A stretch of DNA of 64,000 bases from Haliotis rubra (taxonomy: Eukaryota): contig NW_025765403.1 of the NCBI RefSeq assembly GCF_003918875.1, positions 1,364,001-1,428,000 of the forward strand, in the 5' to 3' direction. A model generated the notes under the pieces. That model made no database searches. It saw only the letters and a program-made list of their open reading frames with translations, and had not been told where the DNA came from. This document shows, piece after piece, positions 13,465 to 27,273 of the stretch (position 1 is the first letter of the stretch; each line of letters starts with the position of its first letter). The translations under genes and the position numbers were made by a program.

Positions 13465-13703
13465 TACCCGTGAAGATCCTGGTTAGAATTGGTCTTCAGT
13501 AACCCATGCTTGTTGTAAGAGGCACTATTGGGATCGAAGCCGGTCAGGCTTGCTGACACATGTCATCGTATCCCACTTGCGTAGAAGTTATGCTCATGCT
13601 GTTGATCACAGGGTTGTTTGATCCAGACTCAATTACTTACAGACCGCCACCATATAGCTGGGATATTGCTGAGTGCGGCGTAAAACTAAACTCACTCACT
13701 CAC
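13465..13703 (+). mobile_element. SINE family B
   Basis: acccgtgaagatcc...gtaagaggc...gctgagtgcggcgtaaaactaaactcactcac. Confidence 0.8.
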
Positions 13704-14109
13704 TTTTGTAATCAATGTTCTGTTAAATCATCATATACATATGCTTAAACGGATTCTGTTCAGTTGTTTAAATTAAAACATAAAATCAATCAGGAATATC
13801 AAGTGAAGATTTTCTGCCATCCTGGATCTCCACTGCAGAATAATGTTGACTTCACAAAGACATTGTAGAATAATGATACATGAACGAGGAATCTGTAGCA
13901 TTATGTAGCATAGGGCGGGCCCGGTTTGGAGAATTGAATAATATGAAAGGTACAGTATGAACAGAGATAATGACAGAGTGTGGAGGAGCCAGATGTAGCA
14001 GAAATATGTGATGTTAATGGATGTTATCATGAGGTCACTAGACCATGATCTCCATGTATTGGTACACTGCATCACTTTCAGTCACATAATGCTTATGTTA
14101 AAACACTTC

Positions 14110-14282
14110 GGGGCGGTGGGGTAGCCTAGTGGTTAAAGCTTTCACTCTTCATGCCGAAGGAACTGCTCGATTCCCCACATGGGTACAATATGTGAAGCCC
14201 ATTTCGGTGTCCTCTGCCATGTTATTGCTGGAATATAGCTGGAATATTGCTAAAATCGGTGTAAAACTGTACTCACTCACTG
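14110..14282 (+). mobile_element. SINE family A with TSD aaacacttc
   Basis: Consensus head and tail; TSD at 14101 and ~14285. Confidence 0.85.
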
Positions 14283-16204
14283 TGAAACACTTCAGTGACT
14301 CAACTTGACCTTCTCTAATTCACCTCAACTTTCTATAATTCACCTCAAACATCAATAATACACCTCAAACTTAAACAATTCACCTTAAACTTTACAGATT
14401 CACCCAAAATTTCAATGATTCAAATTTTCGAAACAGGCAGGTTGTATCATCATGGTCGCCAGACAAATTGTATGTGTCAGAAATGCCTGTATCATAGCTA
14501 CTATTGTATTTAATATTTGGTTGGGAAATCACATTACCATCTTCTTTGCAACAGTAATACCTCAGAGAAAAAACAAAATGGCTAATAGTCTTTTCATAGG
14601 TACAAAGTCCATCATTCAACATTGCCTTCTCAAGCATTAGTCAATCTAATGATTGTTATATTGGTATAGTTTCTCTTTTCAGTGGATTGCCAAATCTTTG
14701 TCACTTTGTCACAGTGACATTACACTGACAAAAACATAAAATGATGTTTGACTGAAAGCCGTTTTTTTCGCAATGTCATCATCATCCTAACGTTATTCGT
14801 AATTTTGGACAGAACAATGGAAATTTACATCAACTGAAGGCTGAAATTGGTATGCCTGTATGTGACATTCAATATCTATTTTCATTTCTACGTCTTAGCT
14901 TAAAGTCAAGAAAAAGTAAATATAAAAAGACACATTAAATTGGTTTGACCTAAAACATTCAGCCTCAGAGAAATAGCCGCCTATCTCTTCAAAAAAACAT
15001 CATGATGACGAAATAGTCAGTTTATTTACCTCACACTAAGGCTCAAATAGCTGATGTATGGGCGTTTGAAATAAGAGTTGAAACAGAGACGTATCATTTA
15101 ATTATCAGGCTTCAAGAGAGCTTCCCCACACAATGACCTCGAGGACTTTGAGATCGCTTTGAAGCACAACACCAACGATCCGGCAAATCCTTCCTTCAAT
15201 ACATGGCAAGTTATTGGCCCAGTTCAGCTTCAATGTCAGATTGATGGCCACTGAGACTGGGTACAATGCCACCCAGTAGCCATTTAAATGTGTTAATTTG
15301 ATCAATAAATATTTTTCGCAAAGACAAGTACTACACAAGTCTCATTTCATTTCAAGTATTATTCATTCTCTATGATTTTAATCATAGCATATATATATTC
15401 TTTTAATGTATAGCTGATTTGCACAAAAATCGCCAACACCTGAAGGAATTATCTAAATTCAGCTTGGGTCCATGACCAGGTAGCAAAAGTACCGTTATAT
15501 AAGTCCCCATGGTCGATAGTATGGTGATCTATCTTCAGTTGCTGGTGATCTACAGCCAGTTTTTATATTGTCTTGTTCTCTAGAGTGATATCTTTATAAC
15601 AACATATAAAATGATTTCTGATAAAATCTGTGACACCCTAGTAGTTATACTGTCACAGATCACAGGTATTTATGTTCTTAATTTTCAATTTTAATGTAAA
15701 ATCGTTCTTGCCATGGTATGGCTTAAATATTGCTGATGTGATGCTAAATATTAACTCACTGCCATGAAATAAGTTGAACCTATCTTACATGTATGCGTAA
15801 CCATTATCATAAATATCAATCTGTATCATATCTCAGATATATGCATACTATCATCGCTGATACCAATTTGTTTCATTATATATGATAGAATGTGTGCCAG
15901 ACTCTAACAGATTCTACATGGTCATGCACGTTGACACACACTCAGTGAGGTGGCACAACACACCTTCCATATTCTGGTTTATCACCAGCCACCAATATAC
16001 TGCATCTTCCATTATTCAGTGCATTTATCTCCATGCTATTACTCTCACTAATGAGAGGAAATCTCCATATCATTACTCTCATGAGCACGATAAACTATGT
16101 GGAAAGAGACCGGAGTGAATGAGATGACCATATCTCCTCCGATAAGAAGGTCCATGGAGATTTGAAACACAGGATGATCAGTCAGTTTTACCTATTCTGT
16201 CTCT

Positions 16205-16476
16205 CAGTGAGTGAGTAAGTGAGTTTAGTTTTACGCTGCACTCAACAATATTCCAGCTATATATGGCAGTCTGTAAATAATCGAGTCTGGACCAGACAAC
16301 CCAGTGATCAACAGCATGAGCATCAATCTGCGCAATTGGGAACCGATGACATGTGTCAACCAAGTCAGCGAGCCTGACCACCCGATCCCATTAGTCGCCT
16401 CTTATGACAAGCATAGTTGCCTTTTGTGGCAAGCATGGGTTGCTGAAGACCTATTCTACCCCGGATCTTCACGGGT
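16205..16476 (-). mobile_element. SINE family B
   Basis: Reverse complement of the family B consensus. Confidence 0.8.
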
Positions 16477-16611
16477 CTCTGTCTCAGTGTCTCTGAACCA
16501 TACTTTTGACATTACTCCCAGCCCTACTAATGTAGAAACCCCAAACATATCAACATTTTCTTCAGGTTCAGAATCTCTCATCTCACAGGGGTTCTTTTTC
16601 AATAGTCTTAA

Positions 16612-16815
16612 GACACCCATGTTTGTCGTAAGAGGCGACTAAAGGGATCATGTGGTCGGTTGACTTGGTTGACATATGTCATCGTATCCCAGTTGTGTAG
16701 ATCAATGCTCATGCTGTTGATCACTAGATGGTCTGGTCCAGACTCGATTATTTACAGACCGCCACCATATAGCTGGAATATTGCTGAGTGCAGTGTTAAA
16801 CAACAAACAAACAAA
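16612..16815 (+). mobile_element. SINE family B (5' truncated)
   Basis: cccatgtttgtcgtaagaggcgactaa core; (aaac)n tail. Confidence 0.8.
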
Positions 16816-17739
16816 CACCCAAGATATAATGCTTTATCCTGAATTAAAGCAAGTCTAGATTTTCCCCAGGTTCTGCATCTCCCATCTCTTAATGATACTC
16901 TCTATGTTGCTTTTCCCTCTCAAAATTATATTCTCCTGGCTAGGCATATTGAATGTTTGAATTGTATACAAGTAGCCTGACTAAATCCCACAGGACTTAT
17001 CAAAAAGACATTACCAGATATTGTCACACTGCTTGTCCGCAGTGAAATTTGAGATTTTGAAACAACCCCCCCAAAAAATAACAAAATACAAAATACACAT
17101 GCATATCTTTAATCATAAAACATTTTGGCTGAAACATTTATTTCAACATTTTTCAGACAAGGTTTTCCCACGCCCACATCATGACTGGCAGGACTGGGCT
17201 TGGTTTTGTATTTTATACAAAAAGGCTGAAAATAAATGGCCTAACATTTCTTCTTGTTGACAGTTGAGAAGTTTAATTCCTTGAAAGTGAAGAGAATGTC
17301 CGTGCTTTAGTAGAAGATCAAAGGAACGGTTTGACTGGCTTAATGCAAACGAAGATGAAACTTGACTTAAAAATGAAGGATAATGTTCCTGTGTAAAATG
17401 TCGCAAATTTAATTCCACAGAAGCACAAAGGTGGTAAAATGTTCTTTAACGGTTCCGTGCTAATCAGGTGACTTCTTGACACTTGTTGAACCACAATAAT
17501 GTGACCGAGGATTGATTTATTGGGATGAAAAGCTTAATGCTGTGGTCTGAATTGCAAAAAATGTAGAATCCATGCAAGTCGATTTGGTGAACGTTTTATT
17601 TCACACTGTTCCATGAAAGCAAGAAAGATGGCAGAATAATTTTGGGGAAAAGTAAGTTTTCAATGATGTTTTTCAGGGTTGAAACAAAAGTAGGATGTAG
17701 CAGTTGTTATGTTTCATGTGAATACATAGATTCCGGAAG

Positions 17740-18150
17740 AGCTTCACATTTCACGGACAGTTACAAAGGGCTGTACATGTGTTCTGTTAGTGAGTGAGTG
17801 AGTGAGTTTAGTTTTACGCCGCTTTTAGCAATATTCAAGCAATATCAAGGCTGGCAACACCAGAAATGGGCTTCACACATTGTATGTTCTGTTAGTACAA
17901 GGGCTAGAGACAGCTTCACATTTCAAGGATAGTTACATTAAACTAAGGACTCTACATGTGTCATGTAAACAGAAGGGCCAGGGACATTTTCAAGCTTAAA
18001 GGACATTTTCATTAAAGGACCATACATGCATCATATAAACACAAGGGCAAGGACCAGCTTCATTTTTAAAGGACACTGAGATTAAAGGACTCTGCATGGG
18101 ACAGATAAAAACACAATGGCTAAGGACCTCTTCCCAATTAGCTACAAAGG
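17740..18150. repeat. Degenerate ~75-80-bp tandem repeat interrupted by a 5'-truncated SINE A (17788-17884, minus, TSD gttctgttagt)
   Basis: Recurrent ttcacatttcaaggac...taaaggac...aagggc units. Confidence 0.6.
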
Positions 18151-18542
18151 ACAGAAAATGTACCAGAGACTAAATAACTTACAATGCAGTTTCACACCTT
18201 GTCAGTCAGTTTTCAAAAGTTGGGTTGTGACACGTTACACAGAAGGAAGCAAGCAGGAGTATCAGATACCACTGACAAGACACGTCACACGCCCTTCAAC
18301 GTAAATACTATGAGCATAAATAACAGTTGACCTGTCAGTTTACATCACATGAATTATGTGCCAGTTTATGGACTTTGTTTATTATAATACAGTTAAGTCT
18401 CGGGATAAATATATAATTTTGATAGTAACAAATAAACCCACTTAAATTGAAAAGGAACCCCAGTCATATGGGAAATTCAGAACCTGAGGAAATCTAGACT
18501 TGCTTCATTTAGGGCTTTAGCATTGCAGGGAGGGCTTGGCAG

Positions 18543-18951
18543 TAGGGCTGCACAATATAACCGGTTTACCGGTATTTACCGGTTCAGACATGAAAACGAT
18601 ACGTATTGCGATACGCTGATCGAAAACCGCTATTTTGACATGCATTCGGAAAACTTCGTAACACTCGGAAATCTTGGGATATTTCCGTTTTTTTAATTGT
18701 TCTTTTCCCTGTTTCATTAGTGCAAAATGTTACTTACATTTTTATTTTGTCATGATTAAAAGTTTTTATAAAAGGTTAATCAATCATAGTGATTTTGTTG
18801 TGTTTTTGCTTTATAATGAAGCATTAACTCAATTATAAGTAGTTTTTGTTAAAAAAATAATCTTTGCCATATATTGCAATGCATATCGCAATACATGCTT
18901 CCGCATCGCAATATATCGCAATATGACAATTCTCTGCAGTACCCACCCCTA
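18543..18951. mobile_element. hAT-type MITE with 8-bp TSD CTTGGCAG
   Basis: TAGGG...CCCTA termini; TSD at 18535-18542 and 18952-18959. Confidence 0.85.
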
Positions 18952-21900
18952 CTTGGCAGTACCAAAAATGATGTGGTTCAGAGGCTGTGAGACAATCAAA
19001 CAGTCGAAGAGACCACTTATCCACACTTTGACCCTACCAACAGTTGGGACTAAATCAGCATTATGCAAGGACCAAGATTTTACTTAAACAATGATTGCCA
19101 CAACAGTGTTTTGATGGTCTTACAAAAAGATGTTTTACTAGAACTTGGGCTTCGCTTTAGCAGCTTTGAGTCATTCGAAATTATATAACTGCAGACAATG
19201 TTTAGTTAGAACAAGCATCACAGATAGAAATAATGAGCATATTTTGAAAACCATCATATCAATTTCATTTACTGCAACAAAAGCTCTAGCCTGTGGCATA
19301 TACATTGTGTATTTGTGGTGTGTGTATTTCAGTGTATGACAGGTGAAGGGTGACAGACAGTGTACATATTTCACATTGCAAACATCACATCAGCTAGAAA
19401 ATTGACAACCCAGCACATTGACATGTGTCCTAGTGATGCTTTGCTTCAGATCAGCTGGTGTGATCTATTTCCACTTGAGTCAGTCTATATAGAGAAGGAC
19501 AGCCCTGCTTACTGGCCCTGAACTGGCCTCTAAGCCTCACAAGGTTATCTATCTCAACATGTCACGGATTGTCAGAATTCTGTCTCACATGGATTTCAGT
19601 TGCATGTTTCAAATTCTTGGAATCACTAAAGGAAACTTTCATCTACAAAGATCTCACACTAATCCCCAGAGGAAGGGATATTGATAATAAGAAGCTTATG
19701 ATAAGTCCTTATTGCACATTGTCTGGGATGTATTTGGTAAATATCATGTCTATTTCATGTCAATATCAGTTGTGACACTTTGACATCTATCAGCCACACC
19801 CACGTATCTTCAAGGCTGTGTTGCCATTGCAATGTTAATATCGACATAGCAATCAATAGACCAGGGATATTAATGACATGATAATATATGCAGGTAGAAG
19901 CTTAGCTTGTGAAACATTGAGTTCCTGTGTCGTATATTTCGAATCAATTTCGGCTATATTTCAGTGTCACTGCATGAACTGGTTCATTGATGACACCCAT
20001 CCACCCCGACCTGACAAGATAGACCGGTGATAAGACCAGGACATTGTCAATTGCTGGTGATACAAGATCCAGTGTACAACTCCTGGTGTATAGATCATGT
20101 CGATAGCACGACCTAGTCATATTTAGTGACATTTGACAGGATATATAGACGTGATATATACACAATTTCCTCAACAATGTGTACTCGTCTGGACATTATT
20201 GGAGACAACATATATTTTTAGAAATTAACTTTATTTCTTCACCTGAAATTAGGGACTGTTTGTTATAAAGATTTCACACCTGATATATGTGTAAAGACCC
20301 ATGTCTATTTGAGATGTTACCCTTTTTTATAAAAGTCAATTATTACTTAAAATATATACATGCGATGCATACCTGGTATAATGTATTCGACACTATTTAT
20401 TAAGTATTAGACATTCATATTTCATAATCTTATAATCATTAAATTTTAATATGTAAATTAACATGTTTTGTGCTGATGCTGATGATGATGGCGATTTTGA
20501 GATTAACATGTGCTTTCTCACATAATGTCTATTTCGCACACGGCCCGCCAGGCCATTTAGTGTTTGATCTAAAGATATGGCAACCTGAAGACAGACTTAG
20601 TGTTGCATAATTAAATTTGTATGAATTTTGAATTTGGAAATTTGCCAGAAGTTGTAGGTGGGTGAACTATTGGATGGTTTGGTGTTTACATTTTTGTTTG
20701 TTTTTATGTTTTGTTTTGTATTATTTTTTCATGTTTTGGGCTGAGCATATCCTATATTTATGTAACTTTCACCTCATACCATGTACATTTCATGACTGGG
20801 TCATCAGTGAGTGGCAGCATATAACAACCAGTCATTGACATCTATTACATAACAAGCACCTGCAGGTGAGTGACTGTATTCAGGAATACATTATGTTATG
20901 TACATAATCAGTTGATTGAAAGATCAGTGTGTGACAGCTGTCAAAATCAAGGACAGATTACCGGATAATAGTTAGCCTAACAGCTGGCCATGGACCATGC
21001 CTATGTTTACTCCAATATATAATTGCTGCTGGTACATAATTTATCATAATTTATAATATCTTATATTTAAAAATATTTCATTGAAATATTTCAAAATCTG
21101 TAGCAATTCATGATTGACATGATCCACAATTATGAAACATATCCAGAAAAAGATATGAAAACAGTGAACTACAAAGTCATTGACAAACATTTTTTATCAA
21201 CAATATAAACATTTGTGACAAAAATATTCACCTAACATATTAGCATTGTCATATTTGTCACGATTAATATTTGCGTAATTATGATAAGATATTCGTTATC
21301 ACAACAGTCACTACAAAATCTGAACTTTTTTAAACATTATATTTTTCCTATCTATTATTTGTATTTAATTTTAGAAAAAGATGGAGAAGTGTATGAGAAG
21401 GGTGAATAAGCAGTAGCTGCATGTTAAATCATAACCATGCTACCTACAATACATACTAACCATGTTACCTTCCCAATTTCTAGGAGCGAGCTGAACCAGT
21501 TTTCAGAATCTAATTCATAATTCATGATTCAATGTTCTCAAAAAGCTTATTCCTTTCCCTCTGACTCAATGACCTTTTTTCTATTTTAGTCGTCTTCCTG
21601 GAAATGGTGCTAGAAGAAATTGAAATTCAAGACTAGTGCAAAAAACAAAGCCTTGCACTCCATGGATAATTTATTTGGTTGCTAGGTTACGAAATCAATA
21701 AGAAATTTGTTTAGTGGTCAATTCTAATAACATCAATTTCAATCAAAATGAAATGAGTCATGGCAGATCAGCTTCTTGATTTAACAAACTGGATCTTAAT
21801 TGGAAAATTTAAGACAAGTAGTGTTTGACTTGAATTAATTTACAAACATTGATAGAAAATTTGAAAGTGTTCATATTCATCATATATTTACTACAAAGTA

Positions 21901-22779
21901 AATTTGTACTCTCTTAAATTAACAACCTTCTACACAATAAAATTTATTGTTAATAAAATAAAATAAATATTTTAAACATATATATAATTACACAAATGTA
22001 ATTAATTACAGCCTTACATATATACATCAACATCAAAATATATTCATAACAAATCAATTTCAGTGTTGTTAATTTCACAACTGAATGAAGCCTGAAATTG
22101 ACAGTATTACTACAACACATGTACAGGGTCCTTGATCGCCTATTTCAAGACAAGGCCATATGTCAGCCTCTGTCTTTGTGAGTCACGGCTCCATGCAAAT
22201 TGACAATGTCTTAGCTTTGTTTACAATCGGCACTCTGTGGATACAAGGCAGCCTAATGAAGAGACATCAGTCTCTGCAACCATAATTGTTTTGTGCAGCA
22301 TCTCTGCTGTGTTAGGTAAGGTACTGTCCACGAGGGGGTGGGGTGGCTAGGGGCTGACAGACTCTTTAATTACACCTCAGCTTAATTAAACTGTTTGATG
22401 TGTCTACTATGCTAGTTACCCCAGACTACAAAGACTGCATTAAGCTGAAGGGTAAGGTTGTGTTGTGAAATAAGCTTAATTATCTGTTGGGAGAATGGCT
22501 TGTGGCTACAGGGCTTATCAGTGTGAGGGATTAACTATTTAACAGTTTATCCTAAATTACAGTTATCTGTTATATTCTGTAAGGCTGGTAATGGATTGTG
22601 TTGAGATATGCTTATATTCCATGGGGAAGGGTGGATCAACAAACACAATGTTGCACTGGATTATTACACCATGAGGATATATCTCTATACATTCATTGAA
22701 ACATAGTTGAACAGATGTTGAAATTGTGTCATTTAACAAAGCATGTGAACCCACAGGCATGAACTAAACTGTATGTTTA

Positions 22780-23105
22780 GGGACCGTTCATAATTCATGG
22801 CTGGGGTGTGGGGTGTGTGATGATGATGATTTTTAAGGGGGTGTCACCCATTTTGTTCTGCGAGCTAGGGGGTCATCAATTTTGTACACACGTACTTGGG
22901 GGGTCATCAATTTTGTTCATAAAAATGTTTAAAATTATGCTTAGAAATTATGGGTAGGGGAGGGGGGTCATTGATTTTGTACATGACATGCAGGGGGGTC
23001 ACTTATTTTGTACATAAATTTTAGGGGGGGTCATTCACATTGTACATGCTTCTCCATAAAAATCATCATCACCCCCCCCCCTAGCCATAAATTATGAACG
23101 GTCCC
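22780..23105. mobile_element. PIF/Harbinger (Tourist-like) MITE
   Basis: TIR gggaccgttcataatt(c/t)atggct, TTA TSD on both sides, internal gggggtca repeats. Confidence 0.85.
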
Positions 23106-23261
23106 TTAGTGCTATAGTATTATAAAATTGAACATTATTATGACACTGAAAGAAAAGCACAAACCTGAAAACAACCATATTTATCTTGATGATAACAATG
23201 ATTAATTTAATCAGGGATAATCTACAGTGTCTTCTATTCTCCCTGATTTAATTAAACTGGT

Positions 23262-23404
23262 CAGGGGCGGATCCAGAGGGGGGAGGGGGTGCGGGTCTGC
23301 AACCCCCCACCCCCAACTAATTTTCCCTGAGGAGCATTTTCCCCCTAACCTTTGGACTTATGGTTTATGTGCACCCCCTTCTCCAAAATCCTGGATCTGC
23401 CCTT
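23262..23404. mobile_element. Short MITE caggggcggatccag...ctggatctgcccttg
   Basis: TIRs; same family as 26090-26262. Confidence 0.7.
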
Positions 23405-23473
23405 GATGGTAATAAGCTGGTTTTGGATTCATCAATAAAAGTAAACATGAAATACTGAATAATTATGAGATGA

Positions 23474-23789
23474 TATCATCATCATCATCGTCGTCATCAT
23501 CATATCATCATCATCAATGTATTCCTTCGCATATAGTGACACTATCAGCAACGCTCCGATCACCGAAGGGCTTTTAGACATACCATTATCATTCAATGAA
23601 TAAGATATGAGTAATCACGTTAACAGGCAACATGTCTCATCATCATCATCATCTCATCATCATCAATGTATTCCTTCGGATATAGTGACACTATCAGCAA
23701 CGCTCCAATCACGGAAAGGCTTTTAGACATACCATTATCATTCAATGAATAAGATATGAGTAATCACGTTAACAGGCAACATCTCTCAC
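23474..23789. repeat. (CAT)n tracts plus a ~150-bp tandem duplication of the intron start
   Basis: caatgtattccttcg...aatcacgttaacaggcaacat x2. Confidence 0.9.
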
Positions 23790-24180
23790 CTGCACAAAGC
23801 TGCATCGCCGACGCCACCTTGCCGACCACGGGGGTGATGACGTCCCTGACACACACCGACATCACCCCGGTCATGGAGACCAGGAGCCCCAGACCGCACC
23901 CCACGCCTACCGACACGGTGGCGATCTGCCAAAACACACTCGGTATATCCCAGAAAGTTGTGTATCTGCCACACTCGCGGACGATCACAAGGTGACCACC
24001 ATCGTCCAGTTTGGGATAGTTGCATCTTCGAAATACTCCAAAATAAATGGGCGTGGAATCACTGAAAGCTCCATGCAGCCAGTATGGCATGTAGAATCCA
24101 ACACTTGCAGCCACTGTGGCCAGAAGTGACAGAACTGCCCAGAATATACCCACACACGACAAACCTGATAATTTGGACAT
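23790..24180 (-). CDS. LHFPL6: First coding exon of LHFPL tetraspan subfamily member 6-like gene (claudin-like fold); remaining exons not found in window
   Basis: The translation MSKLSGLSCVGIFWAVLSLL...VGFYMPYWLHG...FGVFRRCNYP...ECGRYTTFWDIPSVFWQI...GCGLGLLV...VGKVASAMQLCAG closely resembles human LHFPL6 (GFFMPYWLWG, FGTFRRCSYP, EECGRYASFQGIPS). A phase-1 donor GCAG|GTGAGA lies at 23790/23789. Confidence 0.9.
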
Positions 24181-24804
24181 GCTTCTTCTGAGGGTTTAAT
24201 TCGTAAACTTCGTTTCTTAGATGTTTTCCTCCGCTGTCTAACTGCCAAGCCTCCGGTTTCAGTAAGCTGATTGGAATTCTAAGCACTCAAGGATGTGACT
24301 TTTCTCACATCACGAACAGAGTGCGAATATTTGAAATTCGGTCAGAAAAAAGGGAACATTTCACACTCAGTTGTATTGCCTGTCACAGCGTCTTCGCAAA
24401 ATTCCTTGGCAATTTTCCGGAATGGCAAAAATGTTGATAGAGACGATTTTCCAGGTTCCAATTTAAAGAATTTCAACCACAAATAGATTTCTTGACGACA
24501 CACACGAGCGTCTTTTGTCGGCGACAACGGAATAACCAAAGACTATATATTACCGTTATACTAGAGTCGTCCGATGTCTCACGGGCTGCAGTGGTCAAAA
24601 CGTGCGAAGGGTCCTTTGCGCATGCACATTGTGATTCCCAAGCAAAATGTAAATAACGTGATGATAAATATGTCCAAAATCCTCGTGTCTTTCAGGATAA
24701 CTGTCAACTCTCACAGCAGATAGAAGTGTGACTGCTGTAGGTCGTTGTGTAGCTCTACATGCAAACACAACCACCGGCGTAATACTGCTTCTCATTCACT
24801 TCGC

Positions 24805-24915
24805 TGGCCCCAATCGAGCATAGAACTACCGCATCCAGGAAGGAGGTTAAGCTATTGACCAATCACAACCCTGGATCTATTAATAAATCAGTTTGTAAAC
24901 AGACACACGTGGAGC
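24805..24915 (-). promoter_or_regulatory. Putative LHFPL6 proximal promoter (two CCAAT boxes, E-box CACGTG)
   Basis: CCAATC at ~24810 and GACCAATCA at ~24857, CACGTG at ~24907, about 650 bp upstream of the ATG. Confidence 0.35.
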
Positions 24916-25301
24916 ATGAGCCTTGCCATGCTTGTCTAAAACGTATTTTTGCAGCTAATATATAGTGGCATGCGTAAGAAACGCAACTTTATACTCAGGC
25001 TTTTATGAAAAAGAGCGATCACACATCAACGACGTGTGTGATATTTGCAGACAATAATTTCCCATAAAAATATTTTGATCAACCAAATATTGAATCGTAC
25101 CTTAAGAAAATATCAAACGTAAAATAATCTTCAGTTTATTACAAGAGTGTATAGATAGTTCATTCCTTTATATAACTGTATCGATTATACAGATTTGCAG
25201 ATGAGGGTATGTGTTTGAAGGGTGCGGGTCTGGATGTTTTTAAAGAACTATTTGTAGTAAGTTAATGATCGAAATAAATAATTCGGCATAAATCCGGAAG
25301 C

Positions 25302-25458
25302 TGTGTTTGGTTTTTTTCAACGTCGCACTCAGCATTTTCCAGCAACATGAAGGCGGTCTGGAAATAATCGAGTCTGGTCCAGACAAACCAGTGACTGACA
25401 TCATGAGATTCGATCTACCCAGATGGGATACGATGACATGTGTCAACCAAGTCAGCGA
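25302..25458 (-). mobile_element. SINE family B fragment
   Basis: aataatcgagtctggtccagacaa...acatgtgtcaaccaagtcagcga. Confidence 0.75.
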
Positions 25459-26089
25459 TCGAGAGGCACAGAGCAGTTCTGCACAGGAAGAATTGTATTT
25501 AATATGCTTTGGCAGGAAATAGATTTTGTCACGAAAACTACTGAAACACATTCTCCTCCGACCGGATAACATGACATATGACAATATCCCATGGTGTATA
25601 TTGACCTGACAGTTGAAGGAAGCGTGGGATGGGGAGGGGGTGGGGGAGGGGGGCTGTGGATATCACCAGGCTGGGGGTGTCATAAAAGGGTCGCATTTGC
25701 ATAAGTAATTGCCCATAACCATGCCGTTAGTTAACGGTCTGGTTCATTAATTATACATTCTGTCTGCACAGCGGACATTGATAGCTTCTTGCATGGCATT
25801 ACCACTGTACTTGAATCTCGTATTTCTTTTTCAAGTTTTGAGCACGTCTTTCAGACCAGAGTTAGGAGCTGGAGCATTCGTACATGTTTATTGATTCTTT
25901 AAGAGACAACATCGCTCGAGTGTGCAGATATTACAGTGATATTTCAGTGACGACATCTCGCGAGTGGGGATATATTATAGTGATCATTTTCAGTACATGA
26001 ACATTTATTAAGTGTACATCATGCTGATTATTTACTTCAGCTCGCCCATGTACTCATTGTCATTTTATGACTCTTTGCCTATATCGACG

Positions 26090-26262
26090 CATAGGCGGAT
26101 CCAGGGGGGTGGGGGGGTTGCAGGGGTGCGCACCCACCCACCCCCTTTTGTCCTGACAGTTTATTTAATGACCATTGAAACTCTGGTGAAAATGAAGTGT
26201 GCACCCTCCCTTTTCTCAATAGTGTGCACCCCCCCTTTCTCAAAAAGCTGTATCCGCCCCTG
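26090..26262. mobile_element. Short MITE, same family as 23262
   Basis: ggcggatccag / tgtatccgcccctg termini. Confidence 0.7.
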
Positions 26263-26525
26263 CGACGAAGCCGCTCATATTTGATACCACCAACTCAAAG
26301 AAAGTGCCTCACGGACCTCGTTGCTGACGAGTTCAGAACACGTAATTGCTGAATTATCTCCCCTTCACCGCGGCTTAGTTTGGTCTTCAGGCTCCCGTGG
26401 AAAGATGTGTTTCTCTTACTTATGTAAGGTCAGCCTATCTCAGCAGAGATTACACACTTATACCACGATGTTGCAATGAAATAGGTTAACATTGTGTTCT
26501 GACGTGAGGGGTTACAGCTATGATC

Positions 26526-26620
26526 GGTACAATGTGTGAAGCCCATTTCTGGTGTTCCCCGCTGTGATATTGCTGGAATATTGCTAAAAGCGGCGTAAAA
26601 CCATACTCAGTCATTCACAC
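26526..26620 (+). mobile_element. SINE family A (5' truncated)
   Basis: Consensus body and tail. Confidence 0.8.
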
Positions 26621-26720
26621 ATATATACATGATAGGACAGGCTGGGCCACCCCCAGACTTTCACAAGACTAAGTCTCTAAGGCCATAGATTAAAATTAAC
26701 ACACTGTCCCTCTACGAGAC

Positions 26721-27273
26721 TATAGTCCGTTTGGCTCAAAAGCGGACCGATGAATTGCAATCTAACTCGAAAACTAATAAACATAAAATACTCAATGAAA
26801 CACTGATCATAATCAAAACGTCAGACCAACTCTGTGAGGTTTTTGCAGAATTTATGTCCTAAAAATAAAAAAGTTGTTTAACAAACTATCATTAAAATAT
26901 TGACACAGTTCACTATTTCTTACGAGGGAGGAGTGTAGAGAAAGGGACAGCCAGGTGTGCGAGAAAGGATGGAGACGGCACAGCACAGGTTAATGAATCA
27001 ATAACTTTGTCGGCACTTGTGCACGTGCTTCTCTAACACCTGGTTGTCCCTTTCTCTGCACTCCTCCCTCGTAAGATATAGTGAACTGTGTCAATATTTT
27101 AATGATTGTTTGTTAAACAACATTTTAAATTTTAGGACATAAATTCTGCAAACAAATGACAGAGTTGGTCTGATGTTTTGATTAGGATCAGTGTTTCATT
27201 GAGTATTATATGTTTATTAGTTTTCGAGTTAGATTGCAATTCATCGGTCCGCTTTTGAGCCAAACGCACTATA
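26721..27273. mobile_element. Foldback MITE with ~240-bp inverted arms
   Basis: tatagtccgtttggctcaaaagcggaccgatgaattgc... mirrored by ...gcaattcatcggtccgcttttgagccaaacgcactata. Confidence 0.9.

Noticed and set aside
15105-15255. Exon-like open frame after ttatcag on the plus strand
   Set aside because: No recognisable homology and no partner exons.
22130-22450. TAAT/TTAATTA-rich block resembling a developmental enhancer
   Set aside because: Cannot be supported without cross-species alignment.
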